From Anaerolineae bacterium (lineage in GTDB: Bacteria; Chloroflexota; Anaerolineae; UBA1429): 64,000 bases of DNA. Positions within the stretch are counted from its first letter, which is position 1. Every line of letters starts with the position of its first letter. The position numbers and the translations under genes are program-made. The notes below the pieces were generated by a model, which saw only the letters and a list, made by a program, of their open reading frames with translations, did not search any database and was not told the DNA's origin. The stretch is from contig JAXGPZ010000001.1 of NCBI GenBank assembly GCA_040766725.1, positions 2,414,328-2,478,327 of the forward strand, in the 5' to 3' direction. This document shows, one piece after another, positions 52,857-63,013 of the stretch.

Positions 52857-55023
52857 GCACCTGTCCGAGCAGTGCGGCCAGGGTGACGCCTGACGGACGC
52901 ACCACTGTCACGCAGCGTCCATCGGCGAACGAAGCAGCTGCTACCTGTCCGGTGATGGCGATCACGGGAATGGACCGCAGGCGCGCATCGCCTTGCTTGA
53001 TGCGCAGTAGCTCATAGCCATCGAGACCAGGCATGACCAGATCCAGCAGCACCAGATCGGGAGCGGCGTGGCGCATCAATGTCAACGCTCGCTGAGCACG
53101 AGTGGCCCGCAAGATCTCATAATGGCGATCACCTCCTTGCAGCAGCCTGACGAGGAGCTGGATGGCTTCCCTATCGTCATCCACGATCAGCACGCGCCGC
53201 ACCGCATCGCCCAGTTGATCCAGAAGTGCCAGCAAACGCCGCCGTTCGATCGGTTTGACGACATAGTCGAGAACGCCCAGTCGTTCTGCGAGTTCTCGCT
53301 CACTAGGCGCCCAACAAAGTATGCCAGGGGTGCCTTGCGGCAGCGCAGCAAGAGGACTCTCGCTCTGTAGAGCGTGCTCGGCCAGTTCGCTGTTAAGCAC
53401 CATTGCGTTGGCTGGCGAAGCTTCGAGTGACTGCACCGCCTCTTTGATGCTGGCCGCGGGCACAATCTCGGCGTCATAGTACTCGCGGCGCAACATACGC
53501 TGCATCACCTCACCCGACTCGACAACCACGAAACGAGGTCTGGTCACTGGGAGGGGTGCCCGTGAAGGGCGCGTTCGCACCTCAACCTGCGTGTCTGGGC
53601 CAAACCAACGCGATATATCAGCCCCGTTCGGCAAGGTTGGGGACAAAGTTGGCAGCTCAAAGTAGACTGAGGTGCCTTGCCCCAGCTCGCTCTCGAGCCA
53701 CATACGACCGTGGTGCAGCTCGATAAAGCGTCTGCTGATACTTAGGCCCAGGCCTGAGCCCTCAGTTCGCCGCCGAATTGCACTGCCCGCCTGCTGAAAG
53801 GGCTCGAATACGCGCTCGAGATCCTCAGCGGCTATCCCGGGCCCTGTATCGATCACGCCGCACCTGACCTTGCCAGCAGCCTCTGAGGCGACAACCTGGA
53901 CACCACCCGCCATGGTGTGCCGCCCGGCATTGCTGAGCAGGTTGAGCAACACCTGGCGCAGGCGGGTGCGGTCGCCGTGGATCAGCGGGAGCCCAGGGGC
54001 GATCTCGATCGTCAGGCCCAAGCCCTTGGAATCGAACAGCGGTCGGACCGCTACCACGGCAGCCTCGACGATGTCTCTCAGTGAGACCCACTCTTTTGTA
54101 AGGGCCATGCGCCCTGCATCGGCGCGGCTCAGATCCAGAATGTCATCCACCAGGCCGGCAAGGTGCTGGCTATTGCGCTGAATGGCAGCGATGTCAGCCA
54201 ACAGCGACGGTGGCAGTCTGGCGCCATAGACGCCGGGAGATTCGGTGATCATCTCGCTGAACCCGATGATGATGTTCAGTGGGGTCCGCAGCTCGTGGCT
54301 GACACTGGCCAGAAACTCCTCTTTGGCCGCCCGCGCATCTTCAGCGATCCGAGTCATCAGCTCGAGGCGCTCTGACAGACGCTCGAGCTGTAGGTTGGCG
54401 CTGATCAGGTCCTCCTGGGTCTCCTTAAGAACTACGCGCTGGGAAAGCGCCTCATCGAGACTGGCCCGCATATCTTGGCATTCGTGCCACGCCCAGTCGA
54501 CAACGTCGAGCACACGGCGTCTATAGAGCCAGATGAAGGCGGGCACCGCCCAGCACAGGATGCTCGTCATCGCCGCCAAGAGCCGATCAGGCAGGTCCTT
54601 TGGACTGTTGGCCCACCACAACACCAAAGTGATGGCCGTAACGATGGCACTACCCCAGGTCGGGCCGGTCGCCAGCCCTACTAGCCCCGCCGCAAGCACC
54701 CCCAGCAGGGCCGCCCCACGATAGCCGAGTCCACGCGAGCAGTAGGCAGCGATGAGCAGCGAAACCCCGGCCAGCAGGAGCAGGCCTGCTTTCGGCCGCC
54801 TTTCCTGCAACAAGATCGCGGTGATAGCGGCGCCAATCGCCAGTGCCGACTGTGGCACCAGCGCCCAGGGAAGCCCCCATAGGTCCACCGCAACGACTCC
54901 GACGATGGCGCAAGCGCATATCAGCATCGCGCTCGCGATCAGTGCACTGCGTCCGGCCTCGGCGTCCAGGTCGGATCGAGGATAGATGACGGCAGTCTTC
55001 TTGCTGAACACGGCTCCCTCCAA
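52780..55023 (-). CDS. Hybrid sensor histidine kinase: multi-TM sensor, HisKA, HATPase_c, then two receiver-like domains
   Basis: SHELRTPLN is the H-box. The G-boxes are DTGPGI and GSGLGLSI. The C-terminal REC is VLIVDDD...LVLLDLVMPGLDGYELL...PVIAITG. The start is uncertain (TTG 55023 or GTG 55008). The 3' end overlaps the convergent gene by 77 nt. Confidence 0.8.
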   Translation of the reverse strand: MEGAVFSKKTAVIYPRSDLDAEAGRSALIASAMLICACAIVGVVAVDLWGLPWALVPQSALAIGAAITAILLQERRPKAGLLLLAGVSLLIAAYCSRGLGYRGAALLGVLAAGLVGLATGPTWGSAIVTAITLVLWWANSPKDLPDRLLAAMTSILCWAVPAFIWLYRRRVLDVVDWAWHECQDMRASLDEALSQRVVLKETQEDLISANLQLERLSERLELMTRIAEDARAAKEEFLASVSHELRTPLNIIIGFSEMITESPGVYGARLPPSLLADIAAIQRNSQHLAGLVDDILDLSRADAGRMALTKEWVSLRDIVEAAVVAVRPLFDSKGLGLTIEIAPGLPLIHGDRTRLRQVLLNLLSNAGRHTMAGGVQVVASEAAGKVRCGVIDTGPGIAAEDLERVFEPFQQAGSAIRRRTEGSGLGLSISRRFIELHHGRMWLESELGQGTSVYFELPTLSPTLPNGADISRWFGPDTQVEVRTRPSRAPLPVTRPRFVVVESGEVMQRMLRREYYDAEIVPAASIKEAVQSLEASPANAMVLNSELAEHALQSESPLAALPQGTPGILCWAPSERELAERLGVLDYVVKPIERRRLLALLDQLGDAVRRVLIVDDDREAIQLLVRLLQGGDRHYEILRATRAQRALTLMRHAAPDLVLLDLVMPGLDGYELLRIKQGDARLRSIPVIAITGQVAAASFADGRCVTVVRPSGVTLAALLGQVLSVTDALGRQSQAPADRAQPGTPDA

Positions 55024-55570
55024 GACGAGTGCGGCCTTGATGGTCAGGCTATCGACTACTCATGCCGACAGGCTGCAGTGGGTCAGCAGGTCTACGCCGG
55101 CTTTAGGTCGCAGCTGAGGAGACCACCGCTGACGTTGTCGGCGGGGCGGGCGGCATCGATGCAACAGCCTAGAGTCCTCAGTGGCCGCCTTCTTGCAGGA
55201 CTCGGAGCCCGGCGCCGCCGTGGAGCCTGCAGACATTGTAGAGGAACAGTGCGAGCAGGGAAATCTGGAGGTGGGTGATGCTCTGGTAGGCCTATACCAG
55301 AGAGGTGTGATAGAACTCGGTCACGGCAGCAATGACTACGCTCGACCCGTTGGAGGTGCCGTGTGCGCCCAGACGTAGTTCGACAGGCGGAGCGGGGGAC
55401 AAAGGCGCGTGGTGCCATCGAGGGCGAGCACGGGCGCGCGCTGCGCAATCCTGGTGGCTTGGTGCGTGCGATCCACCCGATACGCGACCGCCCCGATGCG
55501 CTTTTGGCGCGCCAAAGCGCCTGGGGTGACTGTGCGCTGGCGCTGAGCAGGCGTGCCATATCATCACATC

Positions 55571-56750
55571 CCATACACATTGGGTCAGGACATCCCATAC
55601 ACTATCCATGGCGCAAGGAGGTGTGGGGATGCCTTTCATGCGGACGGACACGATAGATGCACGCATTCGCTTTGTGTGTGCGGCCTTGCAGCGACAGGGG
55701 AGGCAGACGATGGCCTCGCTGTGCCAGGAGTATGGCATTGCGCGGTGAACGGGCTACCACTGGCTGCGACGCCACGAAGACGCCGGGAGCTCTAGCGCTC
55801 TGGCAGACCGGTCTCGGGCGCCGCACGAGCAACCCCACAAGACGCCTTGCGAGGTCGAGGCCAGGGTGGTCGCCTTGCGCGAGCGGTATGGTTGAGGCGG
55901 GGAGGAGTTGCAGGGGCTACTGAGGCAGCAAGCCCAACAGCCCGCCGTGGGGCGCTTCGAGGCTGCCGAGCCGAATGACCTATGGCAGATGGACTTCAAG
56001 GCGCCCCTGGCCCTGACCCAAGGCTGCTGCTACCCGCTCGCCGTCCTCGATGACCACAGGCGCTACCTGCTGGGCCTGTGAGCCTTGCCCAGCACGGGCG
56101 CCAGGGCGACCTATGCCGCTCTACAGGCGACTATGCTCGTTTGCGGTCTACCGGAGGCCATCCTGATGGATCACGGCACGCCTGGTGGCACAGCAACAGC
56201 GCCTGTGGCCTCACACGCTGCTCCACGCAGCTCATCGAACAAGGGATTGAGGTGCTCCACGGTCGCTTCCGCCATCCTCAGACCCCGGGCAAGGTGGAGA
56301 CGCTGCATCATGCCCCGGCCCGTGACCTGCGCCACCATCGACGACCCGAGACGTTGGCCTCGGCGCAATCCTACTTTGATGGCTTCCGCCAGGAGTACAA
56401 CTGCCTGCGGCCGCATCGGGCTTTGGCCCTGGGGGTGCCGGCTGACTATTACCGCACCAGCAGCAGGAGCTGTCAGCCCTCGCCAGCGCTCTGGACCTAC
56501 CCCGCTGACTACCAGGCTGTCAGGCTGAACAGTGAGGGCAGCATGGACTACCATGGCGTGCGCTGCTGTGTGGCCAAGACGCTCGCCAGGCAGACCGTGG
56601 GGGTGCCTGAGGCCGATGCCAAACTGCCCGTGCAATACCGTGGCAGATATATCCGCGAGATCGATCTCACTACGGGCAAGAGCCGTGCCTTCGACCGCCC
56701 GCACCACGACATCCCAATGGTGTCTGGAATGTCCTGACACACATTGTATG
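55571..56750 (+). mobile_element. Decayed IS481-family insertion sequence (~1.18 kb) with imperfect ~25-bp terminal inverted repeats and a transposase gene broken by at least 3 stops/frameshifts
   Basis: Left IR CCATACACATTGGGTCAGGACATCC versus the right IR complement CCATACAATGTGTGTCAGGACATTCC. The ORF from ATG 55629 (AAGGAGG RBS) has an HTH N-terminus, a DDE core (NDLWQMDFK...ILMDHG), and an IS481-type C-terminus (HPQTPGKVETLHH...YNCLRPHRALALGVPADYY). These are spread over three frames, with TGA stops after ...GIAR, ...RYG and ...LGL. Confidence 0.6.
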
Positions 56751-56989
56751 GAATATCTTGACACAGTACATATGTTGTAAGGCTATGATGCGTCGATTGC
56801 GGTAACAGCCAGACAGACTCGCCAGGGCTCCGATCCGCTCGGTCAGCAGTATTCCTGCATCGTCCCTGTGCCTTGGTGTGGCTGAATGGAGCGAGGTTGC
56901 GCCAACGACCGACGGAGACATTGCTCCGGCACCTGCAGGACTTGCCTGACGCGCTCCACCACCTGCCTGCGCATGGCCAGACTCGTCGG

Positions 56990-57410
56990 TAGCCATGCAT
57001 CACCTCACACGAGATGGCATCGTCCAGCGACAGGTCGGCCACCAGCCTCTTCAGCTGGGCGTTCTCTTTCTCCAGCGTCTCCACCTTTGTGTCAACGCTC
57101 ACTGTGGAGTCTCCAGGATCGCCCAGATAGGGGTCCTCACTCTGGTCAAGTTGCCTCCTATCGACACAATGACCCGGTTGGCCCGAGTGTCATGGGGGGC
57201 AGCCATGCGCAATGTGGAGGGGCGTTTCGTCATCTGGCATTTGCGCGACAGAGGCTGCTCCGTGAGCGAGATCGCGGGGGAGAGTGGTCATGATCGCAAG
57301 ACGGCGCCGAAGGTGCTGCCGCAGGAGCTGTTGCCTACCCCAAAGCCGCGGCAGGCGCGGGCTTACAGGATAGAACCGTTTGCGATCATCCACAGAGAGG
57401 TTTGAGCGCA
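56990..57410. mobile_element. Fragments of other IS elements: an IS3-OrfA-like leucine-zipper piece on the minus strand and an IS21 IstA-like HTH N-terminus on the plus strand
   Basis: Minus 57013..57102 gives VETLEKENAQLKRLVADLSLDDAI. Plus ~57212..57340 gives RNVEGRFVIWHLRDRGCSVSEIAGESGHDRKTAPKVL. Neither continues into a full transposase. Confidence 0.35.
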
Positions 57411-59344
57411 GGGGTCTGGAATGCGCACAAACGCTATACGAGGTTAAGGCTCGGGAGATCGGCTCGACTATGCCCTCTACTCGTGACCGTGGTGGTGGCA
57501 CTCTCCTGCCTCGAGGCCACTGTGTTCGTCCAAGCAATTGCAGCATACGAATGGGTGCAGACACGCTAGACCAGGCTCGTGGAGCCAGACCTGATGGCGA
57601 TGCTATGGAGAGCTGCAAAAGCCCACTGCCTGAACGAGAAGCAGGGATCAAGCCCTGACGCGGTAGTGACGCCCGCACCAAGCTCTTTCGTCCCCTGGAT
57701 GCTCGAACGGGGTGCGGCCAGCCCGCAGCTTCGCCCCGGATAGACTGCCCAACTGCTCTTCAGACCCTACAGGTCATGCTGCGCGAACACCGATACGGTG
57801 GCACGATGCCGAAGTGATCAGATGAGTGCCCGTGTTGCCGCTAGACACCCAGACCGACCTGCTGGACGTCTCTGGACAGGCACCTCAAGACAATTCGCTG
57901 GCACGCAACTCTGGCCGCAATAACCTGCTCGTTGTATCAGCGGGAAAGGGGCATGGCTGGACTCGGATGGGATGGTGAGCATGCCCAACGGATCATCAAG
58001 CCGATCGTATCTTCGTCCGGGCGCGATCGCTCCTGATGACGATCCCGCAGCGCCAGCTCATCTGCAGTTCGTACAGTGGGCGATCGCCGATTGGCCTATG
58101 TTTTTGCCTCATACGGGATGGTACCAGATCTGGTGCCCCGCGAAAGGTGCGGCAGACTGGCCTACCTGAGCACACGTACGGTCTATGGGCCATAGTGCTG
58201 TCGGCATGGCTCGACGCGGCTTTCAGTCGCGCGCCTGCGGCGTTCGCAAGTCAGATCCTGTCGGTCGAAGGTCTCGCCTCCAAGTACGTAAGCCTGTCTC
58301 GCCGTATGTGTCTGAGGCAGCAACGCCATCGGACCGGCCGATCCTCTCTGAACCCGGCCACTTGGGCGGCACGGATTGGGAAGAGAGTCCAGTATGCTGT
58401 GGATTGGCCTGACTATCGGGTAGGTCACCCACAGGCTGCGCGCGATGGAGGGGCCCTTTGAACGCGGAGGAACCGTTGGCACGTTGTACCAGCGCTTGAT
58501 ATCAGTGAGCAAACCTTCTCCACTAGCCTCAGGTCGCGCTGCCAGAGGGAGCGGCTACGACCGCGGATGGCTAGGTTCACCCAGAAAACTGCCAGCAGTC
58601 GATGCCTGCTTGGGTACGTCTGGAGCCGGCACAGCGAGGCGGCCTCGCAGGTACCCCAACCGCGGCAGCCTCGTGCCCGCCGTAGGGGCCTTCAGGCACG
58701 GTGAGTCGTGCCTCTCGATGGTCGCGCCGTCGGCAGCACCCGTGCCTCTTCAGAGCAAGCCGATAAAGCTTGGTATCTTGCGACACCAGCCTGTTGTCCT
58801 CATAGCACGCCTCGACACCAGCTTCGCCAATTGCCCGACTGCGCACGAACCATCTCGACGGCACACTGAATGGCAACGTCGCGCCGTTCCTGTCACAGGA
58901 GAGCTCGTGGCGGCGAGGGCAGACATCGGTGCTATACCACGCTACGCCATGCGGTATGAGGAGCCTGCAGCTACACCCTCTTGACCTTCCTGCGCCCCGA
59001 CGACAGCCTGAGCGGTTGGTGACCATCAGGCTCTTCAGCGCCTCGCCCCAACCCACGCTACGGCATTTCTCTAACGCGTGGACGCTCAAGGGGCAATCGT
59101 ACGCGAGCTCATGTTCTTCGTGTCCACCCTTGACCAGCTCAACGCACTGATGTCCGAGATAGCGCTCTGCCGGCTAGAGAGGCCATAGGCTGGGCTGCTA
59201 GAGTGGTGACCAACTGCCCTAGCCGTCGCTGCTCGCTGCGGCCATGGCCAGCACGCGGCGCGGGCGGCCGGGCAAGGGGAAAGCCCCAGCCTTGGGAAAG
59301 GCTGGGGCCCTAATGCCGAGTGCTCGTTGTGGTGCAGAGGGCCG

Positions 59345-60241
59345 CTAGAGCAGCCCCAGCGCCATCAGCGCCTGTTCCATCCCGTGGCGCTCGTCGGAGC
59401 TGATCTCGCGCATGGGGGCGCGAACGCCGCCCCCTGTGAGCCCACGAAGCTCCAGAGCGGCCTTGAAGAAGGCAGGGTGCATGCCGTCATGCAGAATGTG
59501 TCGCACCTTGTTGATCCGCACCTGTGTCTCGCGCGCCTGCTGCAGCGCTCCCCTATGGAACGCGTCGTACAAGGCGCAAAAGAGCTCGGGGAACACATTC
59601 GCATTGCCCGACACACCCCCACGAGAGCCCACAGCAAGGCCTGGCAGCATGAGCCCGTCGGAGCCGGTGAAGACCATCAGCGCCCCGTCGTCTAGGGCGA
59701 TGTACTCCTGGATCCTGACCAGGTCAGAGCTGCTCACTTTGAGCCCGGCAAGGTTAGGCGCACCGGCCGACAGGTGCTGCACCAGCTCCACCGAGATGTC
59801 GTTCTTGGCGTTGCCAGGGAAGCTGTAGATGAACATGGGATAGCCAGGCACCGCTGCCAGCGCAGTCTCGTAATGAACCCGCAGGCTCTGCTGGTCGTAG
59901 GTGTAGAAGAACGGCACGATCGCGCTGCCGGCATCGGCTCCGCACTCTGCGGCGTGCCGAGTGAGGGCCACGGTGTCTGCAGTGGACATGCAACCGACGT
60001 GAGCCAGAGTGAGGCAGCGACCGTTGACCTGGCGCACCACCAACTCTGTCAGATGCCTGCGCTCATCGAGGCTCATCAATGCCCCTTCGCCGGTCGAGCC
60101 CCCAATCATGAGGCCGTGGATACCTTTCGCGATCAGGAACTCGACCAGGGCAGCCACTGCCTGCTCGTCGACCCGGTCACTATCATCAAAGGGCGTGACG
60201 ATGGGGCAGATGACTCCGCCAAACCCCTCAGGAACTGCCAT
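59345..60241 (-). CDS. DapA-family class I aldolase/lyase (dihydrodipicolinate synthase / N-acetylneuraminate lyase / KDG-aldolase family)
   Basis: ICPIVTPFDDSDRVDEQAV...GLMIGGSTGEGALMS is the DapA/NanA-family N-terminus with GSTGE. A Schiff-base Lys region is present. Confidence 0.8.
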   Translation of the reverse strand: MAVPEGFGGVICPIVTPFDDSDRVDEQAVAALVEFLIAKGIHGLMIGGSTGEGALMSLDERRHLTELVVRQVNGRCLTLAHVGCMSTADTVALTRHAAECGADAGSAIVPFFYTYDQQSLRVHYETALAAVPGYPMFIYSFPGNAKNDISVELVQHLSAGAPNLAGLKVSSSDLVRIQEYIALDDGALMVFTGSDGLMLPGLAVGSRGGVSGNANVFPELFCALYDAFHRGALQQARETQVRINKVRHILHDGMHPAFFKAALELRGLTGGGVRAPMREISSDERHGMEQALMALGLL

Positions 60242-60254
60242 GACTCGCTCCCCT

Positions 60255-61040
60255 CTACGGTGTGCTCGCAGGTGCCATGGTCAAGGCACGTGCGCGGGCA
60301 GGTACGTATCCCATACGTCGTGAGATCTCTTGCGCCGTCTGCAGGACCCGCGGCGCCACTTGCTCAACCGACAGGTCGAGAGTGCCCGAAACACTGCAGG
60401 CACCTACAACCACGCTGCGGTCGCCCAGAATAGGCGCTCCCACGCAGCGGATGCCCAGTTCGTGCTCCTGCTCATCGATGGCATAGCCCCGTCTCTGAGC
60501 TCTATCCAGGTCTGCCTGCAGCACTTGTGGGTCGACAATGGTGTGCGGCGTGTAGCGCGCCAGGCCTGTGCGCTGAACCAGGCTAGCCACCTGTTCAGCG
60601 GGCAACTGGCTGAGGATCGCCTTGCCCACGGCCGTACAGTGCGGCGACACACGATCGCCGACGGCGGTGCGGGCCAGCAGGCGTTGTGGCGTCTCAACCG
60701 CATAGATATAGAGTACATGATCGTGGTCTAGCACAGTAAGATAGACCGACTCTCGGCACACGGTGGAGAGCTCGCGGAGCAAGGGCGCAGCACGGTCGCG
60801 CAACTCGACGTTCACTCGCACCGCCTGGGTCAAGGGCACAACAGCCGTTCCCAGTGCATAGCGACCATCATCCGAACGCTCCACATAGCCCTTGACGACG
60901 AGCGTGTTGAGCAGGCCATGCGTGGTGCTCTTCGGGAACCCCAGACGCTCGGAGATGGTCCCCAGCGTGAGCCATGGCCCGTCGCTACTGAACAGTTCGA
61001 GTATCTCCAGCGCCTTGACCACCGAGTTGATCATCGACAT
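60255..61040 (-). CDS. IclR-family transcriptional regulator
   Basis: The N-terminal HTH is INSVVKALEILELFSSDGPWLTLGTISERLGFPKSTTHGLLNTLV. The C-terminal IclR effector domain is present. Confidence 0.8.
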   Translation of the reverse strand: MSMINSVVKALEILELFSSDGPWLTLGTISERLGFPKSTTHGLLNTLVVKGYVERSDDGRYALGTAVVPLTQAVRVNVELRDRAAPLLRELSTVCRESVYLTVLDHDHVLYIYAVETPQRLLARTAVGDRVSPHCTAVGKAILSQLPAEQVASLVQRTGLARYTPHTIVDPQVLQADLDRAQRRGYAIDEQEHELGIRCVGAPILGDRSVVVGACSVSGTLDLSVEQVAPRVLQTAQEISRRMGYVPARARALTMAPASTP

Positions 61041-61169
61041 CGTTGCCCGTCATCCTACCTGTACACGGCCCAACCACACCCTGGAATCGCGACAGCCCAT
61101 TATACACCAAAGCGCCAGCACTCTGCCCAGACCACACCATGGCCCGTGCGTACCTCTGCGACCATGGGC

Positions 61170-62999
61170 CTATCTGGCCCGGCAGGCTCTGAGCCGGGCG
61201 ATGCGAAACGCGCTCTCTCGCGTCGGCAGATCCACGTCCATCAGGTCAGCTCCAGGGTCGCGCGGCGTGTCTGGCAGGGGCGTTCTTGCCGGGTTGCCTG
61301 TCGCAAAAAGGATCCGTTCGACGCTGCTGACCGATGCGTCGAAAGCAAAGGCCGCACTGATGCCCAGTTGTTCACAGGCGACCTCAAAGCGCTGCATGTC
61401 TGCATCGACGGCTATCTCGATGTCGCACCACTCATCGACAGGGAACTCACCGAGATCGCGCGCCAGGCATCCATCCATCGCCCACAGGTGCCCGGCACTA
61501 TCCAGCCACACCCTGACCGGCACCTGACCGCGGGCATCTCGTACGTGCACATAGAGCCCATCGGTGCCCAGGCTGGCCGCCATGATCCGAGCCGAGATGC
61601 GCACCTGCGTAGACTCGGGAAAGACGCGCTCGGCTCGAGCGGCGTCGCACGGGTCGGCATCGCGCAACTCGAGGCAGTTGCCCGATCCATCGGTGGCAGG
61701 CGCCAAAGCGATGGGGGCCCACAGAGGGCTGTAGATGTTCCAGTCCGGAATCTCACCATGTGCTGCCATCGACGAAAAGTCGTCATCGACGGTCTCGTCG
61801 ACTCGGGCGCGCACGGGCACAGGCACTCGGCTGACCCAGATATCCTCCTTATTCATGCTGTAGGCGAGCCACAAGTCGCCGTCGGCGGGCGAACCGTTGC
61901 CCTCGACTATGCCGCGGACATACTGGGCTCCAAAGTCTTTGGCATGTCCATAGTAGCGACGAGGGGGCACGTGGCCGGCCACGCACAGCAAGTTGTCAAA
62001 AACATAGCCATCGTCGCCGGTGACGATGGCCAGCGGCCAACGGTGATACCCATGCGTGCTGGGGTTGTACACCAGCGCGTAGCGGCCATCGTTTGTACGC
62101 TGCCCCCAGATCTTGGCGCCAGCCATCACCAGCGAGGGGACTGCCGCCACAGGCGACCAACTGCGTCCCTCGTCGGTCGAGACTGCTGCCCGCGACCACT
62201 TCCACAGGCCTACCACCCGCCCATCGGCGGCATGGTAGAACGATGGCGCCTGATAGCCGGTGACGGCATAGAAGCCTTCCTCAGAGCGGTCCTCCTCCCA
62301 CCACTGCATAGTCATCAGGCGGTTGGCCACCAGGGTCTCACAGGCATCGACAAAGCCTGCGTCAGGAGCCTGAGCATAGTGCGGGTAACGCGTATTGGTT
62401 TCGTTCCAGCCTGCATGCCGGTTGTAACGGATAAAGTAGATGGGGCTCGGGGTCCCGTCGGCATGCACCTCGCGCACCACACGCCCGATGCCCCTGCCAT
62501 CCTGGGGCGAGCTGCGTGGATGAGGGCAGATGCCGTAAAAGCCCAACACCAGCAGGCGGTCGTTGGGTGCGACGTAGAACCCCATGCGTTGATGCATGAC
62601 GGCAAACGTCGCGGGCATGAGGCGGTAAGGGGCTTCGTCGGGATAGACGCCGTCGGGCACCATGTATGGTGGGAAGACCACTCTCGGGCGCGACCAGTTG
62701 CGGCCATCGCCCGAGTCCGTCAGCAGCGTTTGCCCAGGGGGCGTGTGCTCTCCGATCGGGTTGCTCAGGTACTCGAGATAGAAGCGGCCGCGCCAGTGCG
62801 CCAGCATGGGCGCATGGTTGTAAGTCCAGCCGTAGCCATCGGCCAGGTCTGGGTGCGAGCGGTTGCACCTCTGCACCTGATAGCTCTGCACGCCGACGGC
62901 GGGTCGCAGTTGGCCATCATGATAGTCTATGTTGGCCTTGACGTTGCCGGCATACTCTACTAGTGCAGGCTGCTTGTCCACGCATCCCCCATGCTGCAT
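61170..62999 (-). CDS. BNR/Asp-box repeat glycosyl hydrolase (sialidase/neuraminidase-like)
   Basis: 609 aa. Asp-boxes SGDGRNWS and TDEGRSWS. No signal peptide detected. Confidence 0.6.
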   Translation of the reverse strand: MQHGGCVDKQPALVEYAGNVKANIDYHDGQLRPAVGVQSYQVQRCNRSHPDLADGYGWTYNHAPMLAHWRGRFYLEYLSNPIGEHTPPGQTLLTDSGDGRNWSRPRVVFPPYMVPDGVYPDEAPYRLMPATFAVMHQRMGFYVAPNDRLLVLGFYGICPHPRSSPQDGRGIGRVVREVHADGTPSPIYFIRYNRHAGWNETNTRYPHYAQAPDAGFVDACETLVANRLMTMQWWEEDRSEEGFYAVTGYQAPSFYHAADGRVVGLWKWSRAAVSTDEGRSWSPVAAVPSLVMAGAKIWGQRTNDGRYALVYNPSTHGYHRWPLAIVTGDDGYVFDNLLCVAGHVPPRRYYGHAKDFGAQYVRGIVEGNGSPADGDLWLAYSMNKEDIWVSRVPVPVRARVDETVDDDFSSMAAHGEIPDWNIYSPLWAPIALAPATDGSGNCLELRDADPCDAARAERVFPESTQVRISARIMAASLGTDGLYVHVRDARGQVPVRVWLDSAGHLWAMDGCLARDLGEFPVDEWCDIEIAVDADMQRFEVACEQLGISAAFAFDASVSSVERILFATGNPARTPLPDTPRDPGADLMDVDLPTRESAFRIARLRACRAR

Positions 63000-63013
63000 T
63001 GCTGCCGGGCTAC

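Noticed and set aside
55181-55378. 65-aa plus ORF (IVEEQCEQGNLEVGDALVGLYQRGVIELGHGSNDYARP) and opposite-strand fragment ending ...RLHGGAGLRVLQEGGH
   Set aside because: They might be another transposase shard in the IS island, but I could not assign a family or a credible start and stop, so they are not reported as features.
57410-59340. Group II intron / reverse transcriptase in the ORF-less low-GC stretch
   Set aside because: No YADD-type RT motif appears in any frame, and no convincing domain V (GAGC...GUAUG...ACGGUUC-like 34-nt hairpin) was found by eye. ORFs 58445..58984(+) and 58577..59089(-) have non-protein-like composition. Left as unexplained rather than called.
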